DNA of 63,391 bases, filler included, from Reticulomyxa filosa (Eukaryota; Protista; Foraminifera): assembly GCA_000512085.1 (NCBI GenBank). It is 19 parts of 19 records of this genome, joined end to end, with 100 filler letters (N's around TTAATTAATTAA, not from the genome) between each part and the next. Parts side by side here need not be neighbours in the genome. Positions count along the whole stretch, not along the records: positions 38,227 to 43,193 come from ASPP01023972.1; positions 43,294 to 44,901 come from ASPP01045280.1; positions 45,002 to 47,054 come from ASPP01006041.1; positions 47,155 to 49,549 come from ASPP01009071.1; positions 49,650 to 51,056 come from ASPP01029085.1; 14 more parts are not named here. One strand, written 5' to 3'. Made by a program: the position numbers and the translations under genes. Each line of letters begins with the position of its first letter. Position 1 is the stretch's first letter. Positions 38,127 to 50,435 of this stretch are shown in pieces. The notes under the pieces are model-generated. The model did not search any database. It saw only the letters and a list, made by a program, of their open reading frames with translations, and was not told the origin of the DNA.

Positions 38127-39296
38127 NNNNNNNNNNNNNNNNNNNNNNNNNNNNNNNNNNNNNNNNNNNNTTAATTAATTAANNNNNNNNNNNNNNNNNN
38201 NNNNNNNNNNNNNNNNNNNNNNNNNNTTGTAAAGACTTAATAAAAAACTAAATTCAAAATGATATTTAAAAACTACACGATTTGTAGATTTTTTTAAAAA
38301 ATTTTGATTAAATGTTATTTTTTCATTGAGAAACACAATAATCTCTATAAGGTGGCATTTTATGTGTCAACTTTCTTTTTTATCCTATTGTATAATGAAT
38401 TTTCTTGTCCAAAATAAAGAATTTCTGAACAATACAGAAATAATTGAAGCGACTTGGCTTGATGAAGAATCTGAAATATACTGAAAACTTACAATAGTCA
38501 TCATATTCTATCACAAAAGCTGAAGAAAATAAACATGATGTCGTTATTAAATGTTTATGTATATCGAACTTGATGAAAAAAAGGAAATAAAGCAAGCTGA
38601 TAAATGGAAACACGTAGTGAAATTACAATATAATCAGATCAAAAGGGAACATAAAGGCAAGTTATTGAATCACTTTGTAATAAAATGGAAAATTTATTTA
38701 AATTTTTTTTTTATTGTACAATGCAATATACAAATTTAGTTCAACACTAGCAGAAAAATTACATTTTGATTATATATTGAGAACGTGAGGATTTAGACAG
38801 ATTGTTTTTTGTTTTAATTCAAACATTGTTCAATACTTTTCTTGTGGTACTGGTACCCACGCAAAAGGTTTTAAATAGTTCAATCATTTCACATATAACA
38901 TACCATGAAGAAAACCTCAGATGAGATTTCATGTGGTGGTAAGAAAGTGTATCTGAAAATATTCTTTTGAATAAGACAGCATTGAGAAATAATTGGAACA
39001 AAAAAAAAAAAAACAGTTTGTGGCCTCTCGATTGAATCTTGCATAAATCATCCATTCGACAAATACAAGCAATGTTTGAAGTGGCTAAAAAAACAACATA
39101 CTGGGATATTTGTAGCAAAAATGATGAAAATAAAGCTTTGCATACGTATTCCGTATTGTGGTAACCAAAAAGTGGTGGGTACATATTATCGTGACAAAAG
39201 TAATCTGTTGAAATATAATCACGAAAAAAGGCAAATATCGATATTAAAAACGAGCAAAACAGAAGCAAAATGTGACAAGCAGTTATCGGATTCGAT

Positions 39297-41203
39297 ATGG
39301 GTAATAAGAATGACCAAAAAAAAACAAAGAATAATGAGTCGGAATATGAAGATCTGTTTGTGTGTTGTGATGAAAACGACGACATAATACCACCTTTTGC
39401 AAATTGGATGAGTATGCATGATTCCGAAGATATAACACCTTTGCCAAACGTAAGTATCTGAAAAATCGCGCAGGCAATTTTTTTAAGAAAAACGTGTTTG
39501 TTTGTAATAAACTAAACTACAAATAAATGAAAAGATATTTTTAATTCGAAATGAATTGGAATTGAAAACGATAATAGAAAGTGAAGGAAAGCAGAAACAG
39601 CTTATGAAAGACTACAGCGCATTACCCAAAGATGAAGAAGAGGCGTTTCAGAAATTGTCTCAATTGTGGGTGCGCTACGATAGTGTGGAAAATGAATCTA
39701 ACCTCAAACACACACAACAGCTGGTTAAACAGGGGCACACTGCCAAAGACATTGTATGGGTTGCTACAGAAAAAGTTCACGGAGCAAATTTCGCTGTAAT
39801 GACTGACGGTACTTTCTTGGCTGCAGCAAGGTCAGTCTTTTTTACACATACAAAATATATATACATATATATGTATATATATGTATATGTATATAAAGTG
39901 TACTCAAATGTATACGTGTCATCACTATAAATAAAACAAGTCGCAATTCTCCATTGTCCAAAGAGAAAACGTTTTTTCGAGGATGGGAAAAACAAATGGA
40001 TTTGGAAAAAGATCGAGTGCTGGCTTGTTTTCATCACATTAAAAAAAACATTGACAAAGATTGCATTGCGATAGTGATATACGGAGAATTGTTTGGCGGT
40101 TCATTTGAACAGTCGTTGCCATCGAGCGATATTAGCGATAAAAAGAATATCGATCAAACTTCGAAAGTACCCGATAAATTAAAAGAGACCTATCAATGCA
40201 TTCAACTTCGTGTCAACTATTCTCCTTATCATCACTTTTATCCCTTTGACATTCTCGTCGTTTCGTTGCGACAATGGGATCCACACAGTTGCATTCACAG
40301 ATACTATTTGGAATTTGCCGTGTCATTGAACATTTTCGAAACCATTGGCAAATTTGTCGTGTTCGCAAAACCATTAAAACAAGGAACATTAGAAGAACTG
40401 TTGACCACTATCGATATCAACAATTTCAAAACCACAATTCCAAGTGAACTCAATCTCCCTATTCAAAGTATTCACAGTCAATCGCATGGTGAAGGAGTTG
40501 TTCTTCGGAGATTGCATGGGCCCCACATTCTTGTCAAATATAAGTCACAAATCTTTGCTGACACTGTTGCCAAAACGCCGTTATCCAAACGAATCAAACA
40601 CAAAGTACTTGCAGTTTTGAATGGGGCTGATCCAGATTTAGATGATAATGATTATAATGCAACTGGTCATGCCAACAACGACGCTTCTGTTAATCCCAAT
40701 CAAGACGAAAAAGACAATACCAAAGAAAACGTCAATGACAAGGTCAATGATAATGGAGCAGATGAAGAAAAGCAACTGTCAATCGAATCCAACAATGATA
40801 CAACACAAAACGCTTTACAACAAAAACTCTCTCAGAATTTTAACGACATCTTACAGAAACATCGTACCTCTGCTCCAAAATTTATTAGCTTCATTCAGGG
40901 TTGTGTCAATAGAAATCGAATTGATTCTGCAATATCAAAAATTGGACCTGTTTTGTCGTTCTATTTTTCTTTTTTTTTATTACTAATTCACAATATTTTT
41001 TTTTTTTGCTATAGTTAACTGAGGCCAGTTCGTTTTCTGTGAAAGGTATGGTTTGCTTAGATATTCAGCAGGATTTGAAAAAAATGTACCCCTGGTTAAA
41101 TGATATCAATACGAAGCAAAAAAAAATACTTAATAAATTTGTTGCTACGTTGGCAGGTACTTATTTATCTACTCTTGTCAACCATTCCGCTACTCAAGGA
41201 TGA
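39297..41203 (+). CDS. Rnl2-family (T4 Rnl2 / kinetoplastid REL-like) ATP-dependent RNA ligase. Exons 39297-39449, 39535-39830, 39941-40949, 41015-41203
   Basis: Motif I WVATEKVHGANF, Ia SRNSPL, III YGELFGG, IQLRVNYSP, IIIa FYPFDI, IV GEGVVLR and V VKYKSQIF. The Rnl2 C-domain reads CVNRNRIDSAISKIGP..GMVCLDIQQD. All three GT-AG introns splice in frame. Confidence 0.9.
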
Positions 41204-41796
41204 ATACTATTAAATTGGTTTATTGAAAAAAGTTTTTTGTATTTTTGCTTTTTTATGCAATTTTCCATGTTCCTAGAACAGTAAGTTAAACCCAAACTTA
41301 TATATTAATGTAATGAATTATTGTGCAATCAAGTGCCATACCTTTTTCTTAAAGATTCATTTTTTTCTGTAACTTTTTGAAAATAAAACAACTTTGAAAT
41401 GACACTCACGGAGAAGTTATTTCCATTTAAGTGAAATTATTTGAAGAATCCATATTTCATAATGCGATTTACCACTGCTTTTCTTTGCTTAATATTTAAG
41501 TAAGCCAGCTTTTTGTCTACCATTAGGGAGCGTTGTTCTACTGCAGAAAAACAATTTCTTGATATTTTCCATTTTGAAAAACTTATTATTGTCGCATTGT
41601 TGGGGATATGTATTTAGAAGATTACTTTCAGGACTCTCCTTCTTTGTAAGTAAGAAATTTAAAATGGACGAAAAAGACGTGAACGGAAATGAAATGTGAC
41701 GAAGAAACTTTTTTTTTTATTTAGAAAAACAATTTTTTCTTTTTAAATAGTAATCCTTTACTCTTTTAGAGAAAATCTTTTGTTAAAACTGAAAGA

Positions 41797-43190
41797 ATGG
41801 AAGTGGAACTTGATTTGGGACCTAACTCTTCTGAAGAACTCGAATTGGCTTCCTGGTATGAGCGCGGAAAGGCGTTATCTGATGTGAATCCAAATGAAGC
41901 AACAAAATGGTTTGAAAAGATATTATTGGAAAAAGATGATAAAAAAGTAGAAGAGAATGCAGCAATAAAAGAGCGAGCAATATATGAATTGGTGGAGATT
42001 TATACAAAAGCAAAGTTAAAATATTATTATTATTATTTTTTAACTACTTAAAAAAAAATTTATTTATAATAAATAATAAATAATAAATAATAAATAATAA
42101 ATAATATTTTATAGAAATATAGGAGCAATAAAAAAATTATTTATTGACGTAAAACCTTATTTTAATACAATAAGTAAAGCAAAAACAGGAAAAATAGTAC
42201 GTAGCATAATAGAAAAAATGTCAAATATAGAAAATGCATTAGAAGCTCAAATTGAATTATGTCGAGATTGTATTGAATGGTGTGAACAAGAAAATCGTAA
42301 TTTATTAAAACAACAAATTGAAACAAAATTAAGTGAATATTATTTAGAAAGTAAAAAATATCAATTAGCATTACAATTAATTGGAAAAGTTACAAAAGAT
42401 GTTAAAAAGATTGATGATAAGCATTTATTAGTAGAAGTTCATTTAATTGAATCAAGAATACAACATGCTTTAAGAAATATACCAAAAGCAAAAGTTAATA
42501 TGTTTATATATATGTATATAATAATATATAAAAAATATATATATATATATATTTTTTAATTTTAAAAAGGCAGCATTAACAGCTTGTCGTGCTGCAGCAA
42601 ATTCCATTTATATTGGTCCATTAATGCAAGCACAAGTCGATATGCAGGTTTATATATATATGCATATATATAAATTATATATATATACATATATATGTAT
42701 ATACACATATACACATATATAATTAAAAAAAGGCTGGTCGACTTAGTAATGAAGAACGTGATTATAAAACTTCATTCTCTTATTTTTATGAAGCTTTTGA
42801 AGGATTTGATGGATTAAAAGATTCTCGTGCTCCTTTAGCCTTAAAATATATGTTATTAAGTAAAATAATGAATGGAATGCCAGGAGATGTTACAGCATTA
42901 ATAACTGGAAAATTAGCATTAAAATATACTGGAAGAAGTATTGATGCAATGAAAGCTGTTGCTGATGCTTATAAACAAAGTTCACTTCAACGTTTTGAAG
43001 AAGTAGTTACTCGACAATATCGTCCTGAAATTGAAGAAGATATTGTTGTTAGTAGTAAATTACAAGAATTAAGTGATAAATTATTAGAACAAAATTTAAG
43101 TAGATTATTAGAACCTTTTGATCGAGTTGAAATTTCACATATTGCAAAATTAATTGATTTACCTTTAGAACATGTTTTAAGAAAGTTTTG
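41797..43190 (+). CDS. RPN6: 26S proteasome lid subunit RPN6/PSMD11, multi-exon, 3' truncated
   Basis: KERAIYEL, KAKTGKIVRSII, QIELCRDCIEWC, VKKIDDKHLLVEVHLIESR, KAKAALTACRAAANSIY, DYKTSFSYFYEAFEG, ALKYMLLSKIM and LLEQNLSRLLEPFDRVEISHIAKLI. Confidence 0.95.
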
Positions 43191-43356
43191 TTTNNNNNNN
43201 NNNNNNNNNNNNNNNNNNNNNNNNNNNNNNNNNNNNNTTAATTAATTAANNNNNNNNNNNNNNNNNNNNNNNNNNNNNNNNNNNNNNNNNNNNTATATAT
43301 ATATATATGTATTTATTTACCTTCGTTTGTTATAATTGAATAAAAAAAAAAAAAGC

Positions 43357-44373
43357 AATCAACACAATTAAGTCGGCTAATGAGCAACAGCCCCTCCTCT
43401 TTCACAAGCCAGAACGACGAAAAGGCACTGATGAAATCACAGACAGTACCCGCTTGGAAGTTGATTCAGCCAAGCAACTCGTCGGTGATCGACACGCTGT
43501 ACATTCGATGTAGACACATTTCCCGCCGCGGACCTCGTTGGCTGGAAGCGCTGACCCGCATCACCACGATCGAGCACATTCACTGTGCGGCCTTGTCGCG
43601 CGCCGACGACGTGGAGAAGCTGCTGGAAAAGTTCCCAAATCTCAAAACCTTAAATGTCAATGTCCTCGGGCCCACCCATCAATCCAGGCAGTTTGACGAC
43701 CGTCATGTCCAATCCTTGCATCGAATCTTGGAGCTTATCCCTTCGACCGTTACTGAATTTGCCATTCCCGTTTCGGTACGTACAAGTCTTTTGAGGGAGA
43801 GGAAAAAAAAAAAAAAAAAAGGAGGATACATATACATATATTACATTATATATATATGTACATATATATATAATGTAATATATGTATATGTATCCTCCTT
43901 TTTTTTTTTCCCAAATGAATCAGGTGCCGGAAGAATTTGTCTGTCAATGTTTCGCGAAAATGCCACATTTGGAAAACTTGGATTTCTTCCGTTTGACCAC
44001 GCCGCATGACACGGTGGATGTTAGCAGCTGGGCGTGCTGCTTGAGTGCGGAGACGATCAAATACTTAGGACAGAAATGTCCCAAGCTGAAAAAATGCCAG
44101 ATTTTTGTAAAGTCGTTTCATCACACCAGCGACACGTGGAAGGCGGTTCGCGATTTGCTGAAAAACTGTCCCAATATTCGAATGCTCACCATTGGCATGG
44201 AACAGTCTGCCACTTTCGACAGTCAAGAAACCAAAATGTCTTTGGACAAACAATATCGCAGATACTTTGAACAACTCAAACGCGTGGATTGGCTTAGCTC
44301 ACGTTTCAAAAAGTTTAAGAAAAAAACGATGGTTTTCCCCAAATTTAGTATTACGTGGTGTTTGTTGACTTGA
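43357..44373 (+). CDS. Leucine-rich-repeat (F-box/LRR-like) protein, 3' exons
   Basis: LLEKFPNLKTLNVN, FAKMPHLENLDF, LGQKCPKLKKCQI and LLKNCPNIRMLTI are cysteine-containing LRRs. Confidence 0.65.
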
Positions 44374-45094
44374 ACGCCTATCTCTTTTTTTTTTTTTTTT
44401 TTTTTTGTTATTTGTTATTTGTCCCTATTTTATTTATCCTATTCTTTCCTTTCCTTGTGCGATGGTTGAAAGACGAAGGATTGAAAGCAAAGAGGGGAAG
44501 GGAGAGAAAGAGGAAGAAAAAAAACTTGTCACCCCTTTTTTTTTTTTTTTTTTGTGTGTGGAAAAGTGTCTTAGTTATTTTTGTGATTTTTTTTTTTTGA
44601 TTGTTGGGAAAACCCTTTGTGAAAAGAAGAAGCATTTGACGTAACACTTGCTTTTTTTTTTTGTTTGACATTTTTGTGGACAATTTTTTCCAATGCAATC
44701 CCTCCTCTCCCCTTTTTGTAACATTTTTGATCAGCCAAGACGATTTAATCCCTTTTTTTCTTTCTTTCAGTATACCCAAAAAGCGATTAAAACTCATTTG
44801 TCTTTAGATTCAAGTAGATCTTTTTTTTGCTCAGTAGATACAGTTTTCATTTCTTTTGTAATTTTTTTTTAAATTGCCTTCTCTGGTAGTAATAAAAAAA
44901 ANNNNNNNNNNNNNNNNNNNNNNNNNNNNNNNNNNNNNNNNNNNNTTAATTAATTAANNNNNNNNNNNNNNNNNNNNNNNNNNNNNNNNNNNNNNNNNNN
45001 NATCAAAAAATATAGTTTGGAATAAAGAGAATATTCCATCGATGTTTCCATAAATAAAAATTAAATGAACAAATAAAAACCCCTTCCAAAACAA

Positions 45095-45652
45095 ATTACC
45101 ATTGGAATTTGGATTTTTTCAGACCAGATTTGTTCTGGTATGTTTTCCAACATCGGTATTGTATCGTCGTTGATTACACGGCTCGAATGTAACTTTCGCA
45201 GCGACTGTGTAAAAGCCTGGCAAGTACAGTAATGATCAAAGACTAAGTATGGCAGCTCATTGCGCCACGATTTGACCTGAAATAAGATACGCTGTGACTG
45301 CTTTGCGCGCACTAATATGACACAGTTACTGTCCACAATTGCTGCTGCTTTCTGCAGAGTGTCATAACCCAGTAAATAGTATAATCTGAGTTTCATACAC
45401 AACCGCGCGTCACTTAGTCCAATTGGTGTTGTTTTTCTCCCTCCAGACACTCTTCAAAAAAAACTGTGTAAAATCTTTTTTCTCCAATTTTGTTTGCGTT
45501 TGTTTCTTTTTATGTAGTCGTGCAAGTTCTATGTCTAATAGCTTTTCGACTGATGGCATAAGTTCTTGGGAAGTGGAAGGTCTGTAGTCGTTTGGAATTT
45601 GATTGAGCATGTCTCCTTGTGGATCTTCTTGCTTTTTCTCTTGCATATTCAT
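45095..45652 (-). CDS. ZSWIM7: SWIM zinc-finger protein ZSWIM7/SWS1 (Shu complex) homolog, 3' truncated, with a frameshift near 45455
   Basis: LMPSVEKLLDIEL..LSD..LYYLLG..LQKAAAIVDSNCVILV..SQRILFQVKS..YLVFDHYCTCQAFTQSLRK parallels human ZSWIM7 (LPAVVEELL..LKFLFG..QALDLVD..RRVYQV..HYCSCPAFAFSVLRK). Confidence 0.7.
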
Positions 45653-46081
45653 ATTATATCACGTATCACTCAAAAAAAATGTTCGTAGCTTTGATCAATT
45701 TCAAAAAATCATCCTTTTTTGACGTGTGTCTCCCGGCAAAGGGACAACACCAAGTTTGGGAGAACTAAATACATCAGCTGTAATATGTTACCAAGCTTAA
45801 ATTAATTATATTCATAAAAAAATAAGCCAAACCTTGAGGATTAGCTTAAAATAAAATTAATAATTTCGTTATTCGCCATTTAGTACAACAGTCTGTAATA
45901 GAAAAATAATAATTATAAAGTAAAAAAAAATAGCACAAGCTACAAAAGCTTATTTTATTTGTCTTGCTTGAAATTGCTAAATGCTAAATCGGTACTGTCA
46001 GCACAAATTTTAAGCAAACAAAACGCTGAATTCACTAGATTTTTTTGTTTGTCGTTCATTTGCTAAACAATCCTTTTAATC

Positions 46082-47015
46082 ATGGATGTGTTCAAGCATC
46101 GTGGTGGTGAACATAGTGAATCACCAACTTTTTATACCCCTGCAACAGACAGGGAGCGTGCCATTGGTAGATTGCAAACCATAGCCGGTGACCCCAGTAA
46201 ACCGGCGACATGCACCGAGCAAAAAGAAGCAAGAGAGTATCTAAAGCAAATAATTCGAGAAGACCCGGAACTGCGACAACGTTTAAGATATTGGAAGCAG
46301 TTTGTTGATGCGCCAAATGGAAAAGAACGATTATACAAAGAAGTGGTTCTGCCAAAGCGTTGAGGCATCTGTGCAACTTTGCCAAACAAGCAAAAACATA
46401 AAACATAAAACATGAAACCCCAAAAAAAAAAATAAAATAACAAAACAATAAATTAACAAAGTCTTTGAGCAAACAAGATTTCGACGCATCGCAGCTCAAG
46501 ACCATGACTACTTCAGAACGCTGCCCTTTGATTGGTATTTTAAAAAGCAAGGTGTAGTTACTCAAGATTTGGTATTATCGCCATGGCATCAAGGATACTT
46601 TTGGCAACACCCTTCCGCACAGTCATTTTGGAGAGAAATGGTAGACTACAAAGTGGTTCATGCTGCGGTGGCTGGTGTTCTTATTTTTTGGACTGTTAAG
46701 AGAACTTGAAACATATTTTATTCTGTTTTGCAATGAGGAAAAAACATAACAAAATGAAATGGTTACACCATTTCAAACAATTGTCACTAGCGAGGCTTTT
46801 ATTTGAAATATTTTGGAGGTCGTCGAGCCGCTTTTATGTTAAGAAATGCTAAGGCAAGTCGAAGATATTACGGTAGAATTGTTCCTGTGGTTCCTTTGCC
46901 CGCTCATAGTGTCAGAAACCAAATGGTTTTGCAAGCCATCACTCGCAAAATGATTAGAGATGGAAAAGCACACAACATACACGTTCAACAAGCGCTCAAT
47001 TCATTACCGAAATAA
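46082..47015 (+). CDS. Hypothetical single-pass membrane protein, 3 exons (46082-46358, 46462-46694, 46791-47015)
   Basis: Two GT-AG introns splice in frame to give a ~244-aa protein with one TM segment (VVHAAVAGVLIFWT). Confidence 0.7.
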
Positions 47016-47197
47016 TCAGTGCGCATGGGGGATGTGCATTTTTTTTTTTTTTTTNNNNNNNNNNNNNNNNNNNNNNNNNNNNNNNNNNNNNNNNNNNNTT
47101 AATTAATTAANNNNNNNNNNNNNNNNNNNNNNNNNNNNNNNNNNNNNNNNNNNNAAAAAAAAAAAAAAACCAAACCAAAAAGACACATTGAAAGAAA

Positions 47198-47876
47198 TCA
47201 AGTGTTACTTCTTGAAGACACACTCCTACCTCCATCTCTTTTATCTTTTTTCTCGCCTTCGTCATTTGTTCGTTTTTTTCCCTCGTTCGGCGTGTTAGTA
47301 TCTTGGATTTGTGCCAGTGTTTGAGACTGGACCTGCGTTTGCACTTGTGTTTGTGCTTGCATTTGCGGTTGTGATTGTGATTTTGCACCAACACTGCGAT
47401 GACCATCATCACCATCATTATCATCATCACCGATACTAATATTGGGATTGGGATGAATTTTGGCATCGGCATCGGCATCGGCATCGACATCGGAGCCAGA
47501 GTCCGTATGTGGATAAGCATCATGATCGGCCTGAGGATTGGCTTCCATGTCGAGCAATTCCTTCCAAGTCTCTTCAGTGTGTGGCGAAATAAGAACACGA
47601 CTTAAGGTATGTCTGTCCATTTGCAATTCGTCTTTTAAAAACGACTTTAACAACTGGCGTAGCTCGTTGATCTCTTCCGACGTCAGCAACTGCTCAAACG
47701 ATATCTGTAGTCGATGCGTGTGTTTCCCAACCACCTCAATCGAGTCCACCGGTACATTTGCCAACGCATTCGAGTCAATGTCAAGTAATATTTTATCATC
47801 ACCAGTTATGCTCGGTGGAAGTCCATCAATCACGACCCCTTTGTTTATATATATATAAACATATAATTAAATAATG

Positions 47877-47916
<40 letters not shown>

Positions 47917-49390
47917 AGAGATCGGGAACATCTTGTAAATGAACATGGAACAAATCGGCGATAATGTTTTTGGTAGGCCTGGGTATGATTTGTTGCAAAT
48001 CGGCGAAGCTGTGACCGCTGAGGATAGCGACGGCTTTGTCTTGGGAGTGTACTGTGGAGAGTGGCATTTGTCTTAGTTTGGCGATTACTTGGAGCGCGGA
48101 TTTGGTTTGCAGCTTTTCGCGGAAGTCGCAGCGGAACGATGATGACGACGACGACGAATTGATACCGTCAAACACAGACTCCCAAAAGTCAGGCGCTTTC
48201 AACAACTGGATCATTTGCGTGCGGTATCCGTTCACACTGCCATTGGCGTTGCTTTCTTCGTCGGCGTTCACTTCGTCCATGCACAATGACGACTGAGGAC
48301 GACCCTCGGAACGCGTATGACTGCTCGCATTTAAATACGTGGAGGGCCCTCCCGCGACTACTTGGACTGCACCTCCTCGAGTCGATGTTAATGTTGCTGT
48401 CGACGATGACGATGACGATGATGATGACGATGAAATTGGTGCTCTCGTTGTCGCTGTCATTGTTGTGGCGATCGAAGGTGTGACTATATCTGTGTGCGTG
48501 GGCGATATTCTCGTTGGAGTGGTGCTGGCTGCAGAAGGCAGTGTGATCTGCACTTTGTTTGCTATGCTTTTTGCAAATTGAAATTTGTTCATCAACGCAT
48601 TCACTGTGCGTGCACGAAGATTCTAACCATTTATTTGGGTATACGTATGCACGCGTATTTTTTTTTTTTTTTTTGGTTTTGATCCCAATGTTTCAAGATT
48701 GGAAAAAAAAAAAAGTTACATATATCTATATATTATTATATTTATATAATAATATATAGATATATGTAAGTTTTTTCAAAAAAAATAAAACAAAACAAAA
48801 GACCTCCAAAGCGTGAGGTTGAATGACCACTCGACAGGTGGCGACCAAGACATCGCCATTGACTTCGAAATGAATGGGGACAAGATCTCTGAGGACAAGC
48901 TCTTCAAACAGCATAAGCATTTCGTCGCTGTTCAGCAGTTGAGAAGGGAGTGCATTGAAGGCGACTTTGAACTGTGACTGTTGAGATTGAGATTGAGATT
49001 GAGATTGGAGTTGTTGTTGTGGTTGTTGTGGTTGTTGAGATTGAGAGAGAGAACGAAACAAAGGCAATTGATTGGGATGAAAATATTGCAAATTGGGTAG
49101 GAAGACCAAAAAGATGGGTACTTGCATTTGAACCAAGCGTACGAGTTTCATCATGGCGACAAAGGGTTCAAAATCGCACGACTGCTGAGTCATCCCCGCG
49201 ACTTTGTTCCAAATGTCGACAGCCACGTCTTTGGATATCCCGTCGGCCCGTGACATTAGCTCGTGATAGTCTTCTAGCGACATCCGTCTCTCTTTGTTCC
49301 GAGTCCGTTCCGAGTCCTTTTTCCGTATCGATTGGTCCCACAATGACAAGTATATCCCACTGTCGCGGATTAGTGATTGTCCATCTTTTA
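47198..49390 (-). CDS. Hypothetical low-complexity protein with an N-terminal EH/EF-hand-like region, multi-exon, partial
   Basis: Three long GC-elevated ORFs separated by AT introns. MSLEDYHELMSRADGISKDVAVDIWNKV..DFEPFVAMMKLVRLVQ is EH-domain-like. Confidence 0.55.
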
Positions 49391-50435
49391 TTGTTGTTTT
49401 TTTTTTTTTTTTTTTTTTTAAACAAACCAAACTCAAAAAAAAGAAAGTTCATTTTTTTTTTTTTTGGATACCTGTTGACTTCAATCCACGACATTAACAG
49501 CCATCATTGTTATTGTTATCATTTTTTTTTTTGTAAAAATCAAATAAAANNNNNNNNNNNNNNNNNNNNNNNNNNNNNNNNNNNNNNNNNNNNTTAATTA
49601 ATTAANNNNNNNNNNNNNNNNNNNNNNNNNNNNNNNNNNNNNNNNNNNNGTTTCAATTTTTGTTCTTAAGTAATAAAGGGACTCAAATGATGATCCCTTT
49701 TTTGTAGATGTCAACAAGTGAAAACAAAAAAATGATTGAATGTGTTTCAAGACATTTTGTGTTTATTGAACACTAGTAATTTCCAAAAACTTACTTCCAA
49801 ATTTTTGCTTTTTTTAAAAAAATAGCCAATGTGAGTTGGAAATTCCAAAGTTCAAAAGTTGAAATAAGTGATAGTTGTTAACATAAGATTGATAAACAAT
49901 TTGAAGGAGCATTTTCACTTTTGCTGCGTAAGTGGTGAACAGTCAATTATATTTGTACTACTGATAGTATCACAAAGAATTTGGAAAATATAGAATCAAT
50001 ACTCAAAATTGAAAGCGAATTTCTGATGTTTATGAGTTAGATGAAATGGTTCAAAGAAGTTGTAATGCCACATGCGCGAAAATGCAGGCTTTCTCATAAG
50101 CGCATTGAATAAAGCAAATGATAAGGAAACTTGAAAGGAATAAAGCTGTCTTACGACAAGATAGCACAAGGCCAAAGCCAAGTCTATTGACTGCTAATAC
50201 GATGACTACAGCAAATTGTACATACGTGCTTCATTAGTGACAAAATTGCTGCAAATGTGGCAGTTAACTCAAGTCCAAACAAGTGACAAATTGTATCAAA
50301 ACCAAACAGTTCAGAGAAAGCCAAGTTTGGTCAACTACTATTTAATAAAAAGATAATAAGAGAAATGTTCAAAAGAAAGACTGCAGACACACTTGTTTCG
50401 CAAACGCACAGACTAGTCGCGAGCAAATTGCTGTT

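Noticed and set aside
18464-43190. Alternative genetic code (stop-codon reassignment)
   Set aside because: Conserved genes (MOB1, GSTZ, RPN6, GNAT, Rnl2) have no in-frame stops and end in TAA or TGA. Stops occur only in relics that also have frameshifts.
44355-44797. Phe-rich and Lys-rich ORFs here and at many other poly-T/poly-A tracts
   Set aside because: Artefacts of homopolymer-rich introns and UTRs.
49996-50400. Possible ferric reductase/NADPH oxidase fragment (YNFFEPFHLTHK)
   Set aside because: The similarity is too short and the surrounding frames are broken.
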